A stretch of DNA of 32,000 nt from Cupriavidus necator (lineage in GTDB: Bacteria; Pseudomonadota; Gammaproteobacteria; Burkholderiales; Burkholderiaceae). The position numbers and the translations under genes were made by a program. Positions within the stretch are counted from its first letter, which is position 1. Every line of letters begins with the position of its first letter. Of the stretch, positions 1-9,513 are shown piece after piece. The notes beneath the pieces were generated by a model. The model ran no database searches and was not told the origin of the DNA. It worked only from the letters and a program-made list of their open reading frames with translations. The stretch lies in assembly GCF_016127575.1 (NCBI RefSeq), contig NZ_CP066018.1, positions 1,830,001-1,862,000 of the forward strand, written 5' to 3'.

Positions 1-374
1 TGCGCTTCGAGCGCGTGCGCAGCGTGGCCGAGCTCGATGCCCGCGTGGCGCAGGCCGCCGCCGCAGGCAAGCCGGTGCTGCTGGATTTCTACGCCGACTG
101 GTGCGTCAGCTGCAAGGAAATGGAGCGCATGACCTTCGTCGATCCGCGCGTGCGCGCGCGGCTGTCCGAGATCGTGCTGCTGCAGGCGGACGTGACCGCC
201 AACAATGCCGACGACAAGGCGCTGCTCAAGCGCTTCGGCCTGTTCGGGCCGCCCGGCATCATCCTGTTCGGGCCTGACGGGCGCGAGCGCCCGGTGCGCG
301 TGATCGGCTACCAGTCGGCCAACCGCTTCCTGGAAAGCCTGGAGCGGGCCTTCGGCACGCGTACCAGCACCTGA
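1..374 (+). CDS. dsbD: Thiol:disulfide interchange protein DsbD, C-terminal thioredoxin-like domain (5'-truncated by the window edge)
   Basis: The frame is open from the window edge (codon phase of nt 3) to TGA at 372-374. The translation ...VLLDFYADWCVSCKEMERMTF...LLQADVTANN...GPPGIILF has the CxxC (CVSC) thioredoxin motif. By eye it is collinear with the E. coli DsbD C-terminal domain (LDLYADWCVACKEFE...LLQANVTAND). Confidence 0.85.
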   Translation, partial: RFERVRSVAELDARVAQAAAAGKPVLLDFYADWCVSCKEMERMTFVDPRVRARLSEIVLLQADVTANNADDKALLKRFGLFGPPGIILFGPDGRERPVRVIGYQSANRFLESLERAFGTRTST

Positions 375-398
375 CGCGTACCTAGTGCTGCGCGGTGG

Positions 399-1613
399 CT
401 ACCGTTCCAGCCGCCGCCCCAGCGCCCACAGCGCGGCCAGCCCCAGCGCCACGGCGCCCATCAGGCCGATCGACCACCAGAACCCGTGCGGCTCGCGCAG
501 CCAGGGCATGCGGTCGAAGTTCATGCCGAAGACACCGGTGATCAGCGTCAGCGGCATGAACAGCGCCGTGATCAGCGTCAGCGCGCGCATGGTGCGGTTG
601 GTCCGGTGCGCCACCGCGGAGAAGTGGATCTGCACCGCCGACTCGATCGAATCCTCCAGCCGGCGCGCGTGCGCCAGCACGCGCTGGATATGCTCCATCA
701 CGTCGTTGATGCGCACCAGCAGCACCTCGTCACGCCCCGGCGCATTGGCCGGGCCGCCGGGCTGGTCGCTGCTGAAGCGGTTGTCGAGCAGGCTGTCGCG
801 GAATTCCTGCAGCGCGTCGCGTTGCTCTTCGCTCAGGTGCTCCAGCTTGCGCAGCTGGATGCGGGCATCCAGCAGTCCCTCCCAGCTTGAGAAGCTGCGG
901 CGCGAATTGAGCAGCGCGCGCTGCCAGCGGTCGAGCTGGCGCGTCAGCGGCGCGCGCAGTTCCAGGTAACGGTCGACCATCGCATTGAGCAGGCGCAGCA
1001 TCAGGTCCTCGGGCCGGCTGGGCGGGCGCACGCCGTGCAGCAGCGGCTGGCCATTGCCACGCACGGGCGTGGCCTGCGGGCGTGGTGCCTGGCATAGCTC
1101 GATCAGACGCTGGCGCACCTGGTCAACGGTGCGCGATTGCCCCGAGCGCACCGTGACCAGCACCGTGTCGAACACGAAAAACGTGACCGGCTGGGTGTCG
1201 ATCTTGGCCAGTGCCGGGAGGAAGCCGGGCGGATAGCGCTTCTGGCGGGCGGCGGACTCGGCAGCGGACGGCTTCGCCGTTCCGGCCACAGGGTCCTGCG
1301 GCTCGGCCTCGGCGATGGCGCGGCTGGTCTCGAAGGTGAGCTTGCGGAAGATCACCATGTCGTACGCATTGGTCGTGTCGAAATACGACGGATGCGCGGC
1401 ATTGGTGGCGTCGGCCAGGTGCAGGTCCAGGATCGGCGCGCCGGCAAGCTGGCGCACGCTCTCGCGCCAGACATCCGGCGCGGCGGTGACTTCTTCTGTG
1501 GAGAAATCCGCCCAGACGAACAGCGACGCGGCATTGCTGCCGAGGAAGTTGCCCGCCTCGGTGAGCGAGGCGAGCGGGTGTACCTGGCTGGCCGAGAAGC
1601 CTAGCAGTTCCAT
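399..1613 (-). CDS. CorA-family divalent metal ion transporter (CorA/ZntB-like), 404 aa
   Basis: The C-terminus has two hydrophobic helices carrying the CorA signature GMN (LITGVFGMNFDRMPW). The ATG is at 1613, only 22 nt downstream of the hemB stop on the same strand. The cytoplasmic N-terminal part is longer than in classical ~320-aa CorA/ZntB. Confidence 0.8.
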   Translation of the reverse strand: MELLGFSASQVHPLASLTEAGNFLGSNAASLFVWADFSTEEVTAAPDVWRESVRQLAGAPILDLHLADATNAAHPSYFDTTNAYDMVIFRKLTFETSRAIAEAEPQDPVAGTAKPSAAESAARQKRYPPGFLPALAKIDTQPVTFFVFDTVLVTVRSGQSRTVDQVRQRLIELCQAPRPQATPVRGNGQPLLHGVRPPSRPEDLMLRLLNAMVDRYLELRAPLTRQLDRWQRALLNSRRSFSSWEGLLDARIQLRKLEHLSEEQRDALQEFRDSLLDNRFSSDQPGGPANAPGRDEVLLVRINDVMEHIQRVLAHARRLEDSIESAVQIHFSAVAHRTNRTMRALTLITALFMPLTLITGVFGMNFDRMPWLREPHGFWWSIGLMGAVALGLAALWALGRRLER

Positions 1614-1635
1614 AGGCGCTCTGTCGGTTAGCCGC

Positions 1636-2724
<1,089 letters not shown>

Positions 2725-2846
2725 CTAAACTTTTGAGCGTGCCCGCTATCATACTCGCGGACACTTTGCGTTGCGCCCTGCGTGGCGCGGTGTCCCCCGC
2801 TACTCCTCCCTGAGCGGGTACCCGCCCCAGCGGCGGGAAAGTTTGT

Positions 2847-2875
2847 CCCCGTTGCTTGCAGCGGGGCTTTTTTTT
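2847..2875 (+). terminator. Rho-independent terminator oriented on the + strand, opposite to all flanking genes
   Basis: The stem is CCCCGTTG (2847-2854) / CAGCGGGG (2859-2866): 8 bp including one G.U, with a CTTG tetraloop. It is followed by C plus T8 (2868-2875). On the minus strand the A-run precedes the hairpin, and only ACAAACTTTCC follows it. Confidence 0.6.
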
Positions 2876-2892
2876 GCGTGCTGACCTGGTGA

Positions 2893-3594
2893 TTACTCTG
2901 CGGGATCGGCAGCAGGCGGCTCGCTCTTCTCCGCTGCGGACCGGGCTTCGGCCTTCTGCGCTTCCGGCAGGTTGAGCCAGCCGGCGATCACGCCCTGCGC
3001 CTCTTCGATGCCGCGGCGCTTCAGGCTGGAGAAGAGCTGTGCCGTCATCGGCACCGGTGTTTCCATCTGCTCGGCGTAGCCCTGCAGCATCTTGCGGGTC
3101 TCGCGCAGCGCCTTGGCGTTGTCGCTGTTGGTCAGCTTGTCGGCCTTGGTCAGCAGCACGTGGATGGGGCGCCCCGTCGGCAGGAACCACTCCACCATCT
3201 GGCAATCGAGATCCGTGAACGGACGGCGCGCGTCCATCATCAGGATCAGGCCGGACAGTTGCTGGCGCGTCTGCACATAGTCGCTCAGCAGCCCCTGCCA
3301 GTGGTACTTGGCCGAGCCCGAGACCTCGGCATAGCCGTAGCCGGGCAGGTCGACCAGGAAGGCGAGCGGGTCGGGCGCCTTGACCGGCGCCACCGAGAAA
3401 TAGTTGATATGCTGCGTGCGCCCGGGGGTGCGCGACGAGAACGCCAGCCGCTTCTGGTTGCACAGGATGTTGATGGCCGTGGACTTGCCGGCGTTGGAGC
3501 GGCCGGCGAACGCCACCTCCGGCACGGCCGTGGCGGGCAGGTCGCGCAGGTGGTTCACGGTGATGAAGAAGCGGGCCTGGTGAAGAAGGGACAT
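2893..3594 (-). CDS. engB: Ribosome-biogenesis GTPase EngB/YihA/YsxC
   Basis: 233-aa ORF with the P-loop [13 protein letters not shown], the G-domain motifs DLPGYGYA and TKADK, and a short Ala/Pro/Glu-rich C-terminal tail. Confidence 0.9.
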
Positions 3595-3761
3595 GCGCTA
3601 GAGCGGTGGGGCGGGCCGCGGAGGCTGTGCGCATTGCGCATGCCGGGGCCGGGGTCTCGCCAGGGTGGGATGGCTGGCGGCCTGGGCCGCCCGCCGGGGT
3701 TGATCTGGCGCAGCCCGAAAGGGGCATGACAAGGCGCAAGGCATCAATCCGGCACATAACT

Positions 3762-3773
3762 TATTGTACAATA
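3762..3773. promoter_or_regulatory. Perfect 12-bp AT-rich palindrome TATTGTACAATA in the divergent engB / cytochrome c4 intergenic region
   Basis: The sequence is its own reverse complement. It places a -10-like hexamer TACAAT on the + strand (3767-3772) and on the minus strand (3763-3768). It is embedded in an otherwise very GC-rich 500-bp spacer. I found no good -35 on either side. Confidence 0.3.
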
Positions 3774-4094
3774 CGCCGGTTTACGGTCTCCTGAACGGGT
3801 GACGCGTGGCATCCATGGCCGCGTGCCTCGGCTGCCGTCGTCCGGGCGGGAAGCCTAGTGTGTCGTTCCATCGTGGGCAGGGCCTTTGCCCCGCATTGCG
3901 CGTTGCACCGGAGGGTGCGGCGGCTGCGGGAGCGGGCTGGCGGGGTCTGCCGCCACGGCCAGCGCTTTGCGGATCGGTCAGCCGCGCGCGGGTCGCCACG
4001 ATACCAGCCTTTGCACCGGCGCGTCCTCACCGCCGGCAAAGCGCCGGGGCGGCACGCATCACGGTATCCAAAACAATTCAGAGAAGGTGTGCGA

Positions 4095-4754
4095 ATGAAC
4101 CGCATTGCGAAGATTCTGGGTGTCCTGGCTTTGGCCGTTCCTGCCGCCGCCCTTTCCGGAATGGCATCTGCCGCAGAGCAGGCCGCCGCAAAGGCTGACC
4201 CGGCCAAGGGTGAAACGCTGTACACGCAAGGTGCCCCCGACCGCAATGTGCCCGCCTGCCTGAGCTGCCACGGCGCCGCCGGCAACAGTGCCGCCGCCGC
4301 CAACCCGAAGCTGGCCGCCCAGCATCCCGAGTACGTCCACAAGCAGCTGGCCGACTTCAAGTCCAAGGCACGCAACAACGCGATCATGGTGCCGATGGCG
4401 TCGGTGCTGACCGACGAGGAAATGCGCAACGTCGGCGCCTACCTGGCCAAGCAGTCGCTCAAGCCGGCCACCGCCAAGAACAAGGACACCATCGAAGCCG
4501 GCCAGAAGATCTACCGCGGCGGCATTGCAGCCAAGGGCGTGCCCGCCTGCGCCGCCTGCCACGGTCCTACTGCGGCCGGCATCCCCGCCCAGTACCCGCG
4601 CATCGGCGGCCAGTGGGCGGACTATACCGAGGCACAACTGGTGGCATTCCGCCAGGGCACCCGCAAGAACAACCCGGTCATGACGACCATCGCCGCCAAG
4701 ATGTCGGATGCCGAGATCAAGGCGGTGGCGGATTACGTCGCCGGCGTTCGATAA
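4095..4754 (+). CDS. Di-haem cytochrome c4 (periplasmic), 219 aa
   Basis: ATG at 4095 is preceded by GAGAAGG (4081-4087). There is a signal peptide MNRIAKILGVLALAVPAAALSGMASA. Two CxxCH haem motifs (CLSCHG and CAACHG) sit in two repeated class-I cytochrome c halves. The track ORF start at 3858 is an upstream Arg-rich extension and is not credible. Confidence 0.85.
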   Translation: MNRIAKILGVLALAVPAAALSGMASAAEQAAAKADPAKGETLYTQGAPDRNVPACLSCHGAAGNSAAAANPKLAAQHPEYVHKQLADFKSKARNNAIMVPMASVLTDEEMRNVGAYLAKQSLKPATAKNKDTIEAGQKIYRGGIAAKGVPACAACHGPTAAGIPAQYPRIGGQWADYTEAQLVAFRQGTRKNNPVMTTIAAKMSDAEIKAVADYVAGVR

Positions 4755-4866
4755 CGATTCCGCGACTCCGCTGGCGCCCGCCAGGCGCCGGCGCGTTGGT
4801 TTGGCGGTCCCCCGTTCCGGCGGGGGGCCGCGGCATGCAACCGAACGCGCCTGTCACAATCGAAAA

Positions 4867-4903
4867 GGGTGGCCTGCTTGCCAAAGCATGTCCGCCCTTT
4901 TTT
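4867..4903 (+). terminator. Candidate intrinsic terminator or attenuator between cytochrome c4 and resB
   Basis: AAAA-GGGTGG (4867-4872) pairs with CCGCCC (4892-4897), 6 bp with one G.U, around a 19-nt loop that contains a GCTT/AAGC mini-stem. T6 (4898-4903) follows. It lies only 38 nt upstream of the resB ATG. A second GC hairpin without a T-run is at 4805-4830. Confidence 0.45.
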
Positions 4904-4940
4904 CATTTCCAGCCGCACGTTGTTTTAGGTTTCCCTGCAC

Positions 4941-7127
4941 ATGTCGACCGCTTCCACTTCAGGGCTGCACCTGAAGACCTCTCACCGCGTGCTGCGCGAC
5001 GCGGTCGAATTGTTGTCCTCGATGCGCTTCGCGATCGCGCTGCTGACGGTGATCTCCATCGCCAGCGTGATCGGCACCGTGCTCAAGCAGAACGAGCCGT
5101 ATCCCAACTACGTCAACCAGTTCGGGCCGTTCTGGGCCGATGTGTTCCACACGCTGTCGCTGCAGAAGGTCTACGGTTCCTGGTGGTTCCTGCTGATCCT
5201 GGCCTTCCTGGTGGTGTCGACCAGCCTTTGCCTGATCCGCAATGCGCCCAGGATGGTGGCGGACATGCGCTCGTGGAAGGACCATGTGCGCGAGCGCAGC
5301 CTGCGCGCCTTCCATCACCGCGGCGAATTCGACGGCGCGCGCCCGCGCACCGAGGCGGTGAGCCGCCTGTCGGCGCTGCTGCGCAACCGCGGCTACCGCC
5401 TCAAGGCGGTCGAGCATGACGGCGCCACCCTGCTGGCGGCCAAGGCCGGCGCGGCCAACAAGGCCGGCTATATCCTGGCGCACACCGCCATCGTGGTGAT
5501 CTGTATTGGCGGCCTGCTGGACGGCGACCTGCTGATCCGCGCGCAGATGTGGCTGGGCGGCAAGACCCCGATCAGCGGCAACGCGGTCATCAGCGAGATC
5601 CCGCCGCAGCACCGGCTGTCGGCGAGCAACCCGGGCTTTCGCGGCAACGCCTACGTGCCCGAGGGCTCGACCGTCTCCACCGCTATCCTGAACATCTCGG
5701 ACGGCGCGCTGGTGCAGGACCTGCCTTTCGCGATCACGCTCAAGAAGTTCAAGGTCGATTTCTACGAGACCGGCATGCCCAAGCTGTTTGCCTCGGACGT
5801 GATCGTGACCGACCGCGCCACCGGCAAGCAGACCGAGGCCACCATCAAGGTGAACGAGCCGCTGATCGTCGACGGCATCGCCATCTACCAGTCCAGCTTC
5901 GAGGACGGCGGCTCGCGCCTGAAGTTCGTCGGCTACCCGATGCAGGGCAGCGGCCACGCCACCTTCACCATCGATGGCGCGGTGGGCGGCAACAAGCCGC
6001 TGGCGGGCACCGGCACCAGCGCCGACAGCGATGGCCTGACGGTCGAGTTCAGCGACTTCCGGCTGATGAATATCGAGAACGTCACCGATGCCTCGGGCAA
6101 GCCCGACGCGCGTGGCGTGGCGCGCAAATCGTTCAACGAGACCCTGGAAAAGCACCTGGGCGCCGCCGCCAGCACCGACCGCGCCAAGACGCTGCGCAAT
6201 GTCGGCCCGTCGGTGCAGTACAAGCTGCGCGACCGCACCGGCCAGGCGCGCGAGTTCAACAACTACATGGTGCCGGTGCAGATGGACGGCCAGTCGGTGT
6301 TCCTGGCCGGCATGCGTGAATCGCCCAGCGAACCATTCCGCTATCTGCGCATCCCCGCCGACGACCAGGGCAGCGTGGCCGACTGGATGCGCCTGCGCGC
6401 CGCGCTGCAGGACCGCGCGCTGCGCGGCGAAGCCGCGCGCCGCTTTGCGCTGGCGTCGATGCCGGGCGATGACAAGGCTGACCTGCGCCGCCAGCTGGCC
6501 GAAAGCTCGCTGCGTGCGCTCGATCTGTTCGCCGGCGCCACGCGGCCCACGCCGGATTCGCCCCCGGGCGGTTTCACCGCGATCGCCGCCTTCCTCGAGA
6601 AATCCGTGCCCCCGGCCGAGCAGCAGAAGGCCGCCGACGTGCTCCTGAAGATCCTGAACGGTTCGATGTGGGAGCTGTGGCAGCTGGCGCGCGCCCAGGA
6701 CAAGCTGCCGGTGGTGGCCAACAGCGCCCAGAGCGGCACCTTCCTGCAGCAGGCCATCAACGCGCTGTCGGACAGTTTCTTCTACGGCGCGCCGGTGTTC
6801 CTGCAGCTCGACGACTTCAAGGAGATCAAGGCCAGCGTGTTCCAGCTGACCCGTGCGCCGGGCAAGAACATCGTGTATCTTGGCTGTCTGCTGCTGGTGC
6901 TGGGCGTGTTCGCGATGTTCTATATACGCGAGCGCCGGGTCTGGATCTGGGTGAAAGACAAGCCCGCCGAGGGCGACACCGAGCCTGGCAGCCATGTGCT
7001 GATGGCGATGTCGACCCAGCGCCGCACGATGGATTTCGAAAAGGAATTCACGGCGCTGCGTGACGATATCGGCCGCGCCGCAGGGGGCCGCAGCGAGGCG
7101 CCCGAGCCCGCCGGCACCCCCCACTGA
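4941..7127 (+). CDS. ccsB: Cytochrome c biogenesis protein ResB/CcsB (System II)
   Basis: 728-aa ORF. The N-terminus has the ResB-type pattern (LSSMRFAIALLTVISIASVIGTVLKQ), followed by a large periplasmic domain and a C-terminal TM helix. It is immediately followed by ccsA. Confidence 0.9.
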   Translation: MSTASTSGLHLKTSHRVLRDAVELLSSMRFAIALLTVISIASVIGTVLKQNEPYPNYVNQFGPFWADVFHTLSLQKVYGSWWFLLILAFLVVSTSLCLIRNAPRMVADMRSWKDHVRERSLRAFHHRGEFDGARPRTEAVSRLSALLRNRGYRLKAVEHDGATLLAAKAGAANKAGYILAHTAIVVICIGGLLDGDLLIRAQMWLGGKTPISGNAVISEIPPQHRLSASNPGFRGNAYVPEGSTVSTAILNISDGALVQDLPFAITLKKFKVDFYETGMPKLFASDVIVTDRATGKQTEATIKVNEPLIVDGIAIYQSSFEDGGSRLKFVGYPMQGSGHATFTIDGAVGGNKPLAGTGTSADSDGLTVEFSDFRLMNIENVTDASGKPDARGVARKSFNETLEKHLGAAASTDRAKTLRNVGPSVQYKLRDRTGQAREFNNYMVPVQMDGQSVFLAGMRESPSEPFRYLRIPADDQGSVADWMRLRAALQDRALRGEAARRFALASMPGDDKADLRRQLAESSLRALDLFAGATRPTPDSPPGGFTAIAAFLEKSVPPAEQQKAADVLLKILNGSMWELWQLARAQDKLPVVANSAQSGTFLQQAINALSDSFFYGAPVFLQLDDFKEIKASVFQLTRAPGKNIVYLGCLLLVLGVFAMFYIRERRVWIWVKDKPAEGDTEPGSHVLMAMSTQRRTMDFEKEFTALRDDIGRAAGGRSEAPEPAGTPH

Positions 7128-7143
7128 ATTGAGCAGGTACGCT

Positions 7144-8343
7144 ATGTCCTCAAATGTGAACCAGGCCGGTCCCGCCATGCGCGGCACCACGCGCGCCGAC
7201 ACCGGCGCTGACGAGGCCTATCTCGAACCTTCCTTCCTGCGCCGTCTGACCTGGGTGGACTGGCTCTTTGCGCTGGCGCTGGCGGTTGGCGCCGGCGTGG
7301 CGCTGTCGCAATACGGGCAGTGGATGGATGGCTACGACAAGGCCGTGCTGATCGGCGCCGTGCCTACCTTCGCGCTGCTCGGCTGGCACTGGAAGGCGGT
7401 GCGCCCGCTGATGCTGGCGCTCACCGCGCTGTCGCTGTTCGCGATCCAGCTCTACCAGGGGCAGCTGGCGCGCGCGGACCAGGCCTTCTTCCTGAAGTAC
7501 TTCCTGTCGAGCCAGTCAGCCATCCTGTGGATGAGCGCGCTGGTGTTCCTGTCCACGCTGTTCTACTGGCTCGGGCTGGCGGCGCGCTCGAACACGGGCT
7601 ACAGCATCGGCAGCAAGCTGTGCTGGGGCGCGGTGGTGCTGGGCTTCACCGGCCTGCTGGTGCGCTGGTACGAGTCCTACCTGATCGGCACGGACATCGG
7701 CCACATCCCCATTTCCAACCTCTATGAAGTGTTCGTGCTGTTCACGCTGATCACTTCGCTGTTCTACCTCTACTACGAAGGCCGCTACGCCACGCGCGCG
7801 CTGGGTCCGTTCGTGATGCTGGTGGTGTCGGCCGCGGTGGGCTTCCTGCTGTGGTACACGGTCAGCCGCAATGCGCAGGAGATCCAGCCGCTGGTGCCGG
7901 CGCTGCAAAGCTGGTGGATGAAGATCCACGTGCCGGCCAACTTTATCGGCTACGGCACCTTTGCGCTGGCGGCGATGGTCTCGGTGGCCTACCTGCTCAA
8001 GCAGCGCGGCATCCTGGCCGAACGCCTGCCATCGCTGGAACTGCTCGATGATGTGATGTACAAGGCCATTGCAGTCGGCTTTGCCTTCTTCACCATCGCC
8101 ACCATCCTGGGCGCGCTGTGGGCGGCCGAGGCCTGGGGCGGCTACTGGAGCTGGGACCCGAAGGAAACCTGGGCGCTGATCGTCTGGCTGAACTACGCGG
8201 CGTGGCTGCACATGCGGCTGATGAAGGGCCTGCGCGGCACGGTGGCGGCCTGGTGGGCGCTGGTCGGCCTGCTGGTGACGACCTTTGCGTTCCTGGGCGT
8301 CAACATGTTCCTGTCGGGCCTGCACAGCTACGGCGAACTGTGA
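7144..8343 (+). CDS. ccsA: Cytochrome c-type biogenesis protein CcsA/ResC (System II haem-handling)
   Basis: ATG at 7144 lies 17 nt after the resB stop. The protein is polytopic and carries the tryptophan-rich WWD haem-handling motif (WGGYWSWDPKETWALIVW). The track start at 7060 would overlap resB and adds a non-membrane Pro/Ala tract. Confidence 0.9.
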   Translation: MSSNVNQAGPAMRGTTRADTGADEAYLEPSFLRRLTWVDWLFALALAVGAGVALSQYGQWMDGYDKAVLIGAVPTFALLGWHWKAVRPLMLALTALSLFAIQLYQGQLARADQAFFLKYFLSSQSAILWMSALVFLSTLFYWLGLAARSNTGYSIGSKLCWGAVVLGFTGLLVRWYESYLIGTDIGHIPISNLYEVFVLFTLITSLFYLYYEGRYATRALGPFVMLVVSAAVGFLLWYTVSRNAQEIQPLVPALQSWWMKIHVPANFIGYGTFALAAMVSVAYLLKQRGILAERLPSLELLDDVMYKAIAVGFAFFTIATILGALWAAEAWGGYWSWDPKETWALIVWLNYAAWLHMRLMKGLRGTVAAWWALVGLLVTTFAFLGVNMFLSGLHSYGEL

Positions 8344-8367
8344 CGCGGCGCCATGCTGCAATGCAAG

Positions 8368-8393
8368 AACCTGCCTCCGGGCAGGTTTTTTTT
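8368..8393 (+). terminator. Rho-independent terminator after ccsA
   Basis: AACCTGCC (8368-8375) / GGCAGGTT (8380-8387) with loop TCCG, running into a T-tract to 8393, with more Ts at 8398-8410. Confidence 0.8.
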
Positions 8394-8502
8394 CGTCTTT
8401 TTTCAATTTTTCTGGATGCCCATGGAATAAAGGCGTCACATCCGGTGTTTACTTGAGGAGCGGTGCCGGCTGGCGGCACCGGTTTGCATGGAGAACAAGA
8501 TC

Positions 8503-8943
8503 ATGGCACGTGTGCGTCTTACCACTGCAGCATCCCTCGTTCGTCCCGCCGCGCTCGCGCTCGGCTGTGCGGCTGTCCTGCTCGCCGGTTGTTCCGGCAT
8601 GGGCCTGGGCGGTGGCGGCGGCGCCGGCAACTTGCCGCCCACGGTGAAGGTGACCAGTGGCGTGCTGACCGATCCGCAGGGCCTGACGCTGTACACCTTC
8701 GACCGCGACACCGCCGGCAGCGGCAAGAGCGCCTGCAATGGCCCGTGCGCCACCAACTGGCCGCCGCTGATGGCCGCGCCTGGCAGCAATGCGTCGGGCC
8801 AGTACACCATCATCACGCGCGATGACGGCGGCAAGCAGTGGGCGTACCGCGGCATGCCGCTGTACCGCTTTGCCAAGGACGCCAAGCCGGGCGACCGCAC
8901 CGGCGACAACCTCAACAACGTCTGGCACGTGGCCAAGCCCTGA
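8503..8943 (+). CDS. Periplasmic lipoprotein of the 'secreted repeat of unknown function' type (COG4315 / PF03640-like)
   Basis: Lipobox LLAGC after a positively charged n-region. Two repeats are of the type G-LTLYTFDRD...CNGPCATNWPPL and MPLYRFAKDAKPGD...WHV. GGAG at 8490-8493 lies 9 nt before the ATG at 8503. An alternative ATG at 8488 would add 5 residues. Confidence 0.8.
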   Translation: MARVRLTTAASLVRPAALALGCAAVLLAGCSGMGLGGGGGAGNLPPTVKVTSGVLTDPQGLTLYTFDRDTAGSGKSACNGPCATNWPPLMAAPGSNASGQYTIITRDDGGKQWAYRGMPLYRFAKDAKPGDRTGDNLNNVWHVAKP

Positions 8944-8970
8944 CGCTTCGGCAGCCACCGCAGCCACAGC

Positions 8971-9513
8971 ATGGAAGGGTTTGACGGCCAGCTCGTCGCG
9001 CTGGCGCCGCGGCTGCGGCGCCATGCGCGCGGCCTCACCGGCGACGCGGCGCTGGCCGACGACCTGGTGCAGGACACGCTCGAGCGCGCGCTGCGCTACC
9101 GCTGGCGCTTCCGCCTGCGCCCCGGCGCCTGGTGGGGCGACGGCGCCGATGGCCTGCTGCCGTGGCTGCTGACCCTGATGCACCGCCTGCGCCTGAATAC
9201 CGTGCGCAGGAAGGAACTGGTGGTCACCACCGAGACGCTGCCCGAGGTCAGCGCCCCCGCTGACGACCCCGGCCTGCGCCGTGACCTGGTGCAGGCGCTG
9301 GCGCAACTGCCGGAGGCGCAGCGCGCGGTGCTGCTGCTGGTCAGCCTGGAACAACTGACGTACGCCGAGGCCGCGCGCGTGCTCGATATTCCGCAGGGCA
9401 CGGTGATGTCGCGCCTGGCGCGGTCGCGCGAGCAGATGCGGCGGCTGCTCGACGGCAAGGCGCCCGCTGCCGTGCCGGCAGCTTCCGGCAAGCCCCTGCA
9501 GCGGGTGAAATGA
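8971..9513 (+). CDS. ECF (group 4) sigma-70 family RNA polymerase sigma factor
   Basis: 180 aa. Region 2 reads DAALADDLVQDTLERAL. The region 4 HTH reads LPEAQRAVLLLVSLEQLTYAEAARVLDIPQGTVMSRLARSREQMRRLL. The stop overlaps the start of the next gene (ATGA at 9510-9513). Confidence 0.9.
   Translation: MEGFDGQLVALAPRLRRHARGLTGDAALADDLVQDTLERALRYRWRFRLRPGAWWGDGADGLLPWLLTLMHRLRLNTVRRKELVVTTETLPEVSAPADDPGLRRDLVQALAQLPEAQRAVLLLVSLEQLTYAEAARVLDIPQGTVMSRLARSREQMRRLLDGKAPAAVPAASGKPLQRVK

Noticed and set aside
2782-2892. 36-codon GTG ORF (VARCPPLLLPERVPAPAAGKFVPVACSGAFFCVLTW) running through the orphan terminator.
   Set aside because: It has no Shine-Dalgarno sequence and would be translated through the terminator hairpin and T-tract. 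A non-coding RNA explanation is more parsimonious.
3765-3772. Reading TGTACAAT as an extended -10 (TGnTATAAT) on both strands.
   Set aside because: The TG abuts the TACAAT hexamer directly, without the required one-nucleotide gap, so it is not correctly spaced for an extended -10. Only the plain -10-like hexamer is retained.
3858-4094. Upstream extension of the cytochrome c4 ORF (track start 3858), together with other ORFs in the engB / cytochrome c4 spacer (3761-4429 -, 3806-4198 +, 3886-4098 +).
   Set aside because: The extension is an Arg-rich junk sequence that would be placed ahead of a perfectly good signal peptide. The ATG at 4095 has a GAGAAGG RBS. The other ORFs have no RBS or motifs.
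4803-4820. Recurrence of (GTCCCC)CGTTCCGG-like strings in intergenic regions (4806-4820, 25359-25367, 26413-26427), with GTCCCCGTT also at 2846-2854.
   Set aside because: The shared core is only 8-9 nt. By a rough composition estimate, about one CGTTCCGG per strand is expected by chance in 32 kb, and another copy sits inside the corA-like CDS (~1279). That is not enough for a repeat family.
8424-8451. ECF-like promoter GGAAT-N17-TGTT upstream of the lipoprotein gene, and GTCAGG-N16-CGAC (10431-10456) upstream of msrP.
   Set aside because: These are only loose resemblances to generic ECF -35/-10 elements. The two candidates do not share a clear common motif, so I do not call them as features and mention them only as things to test.
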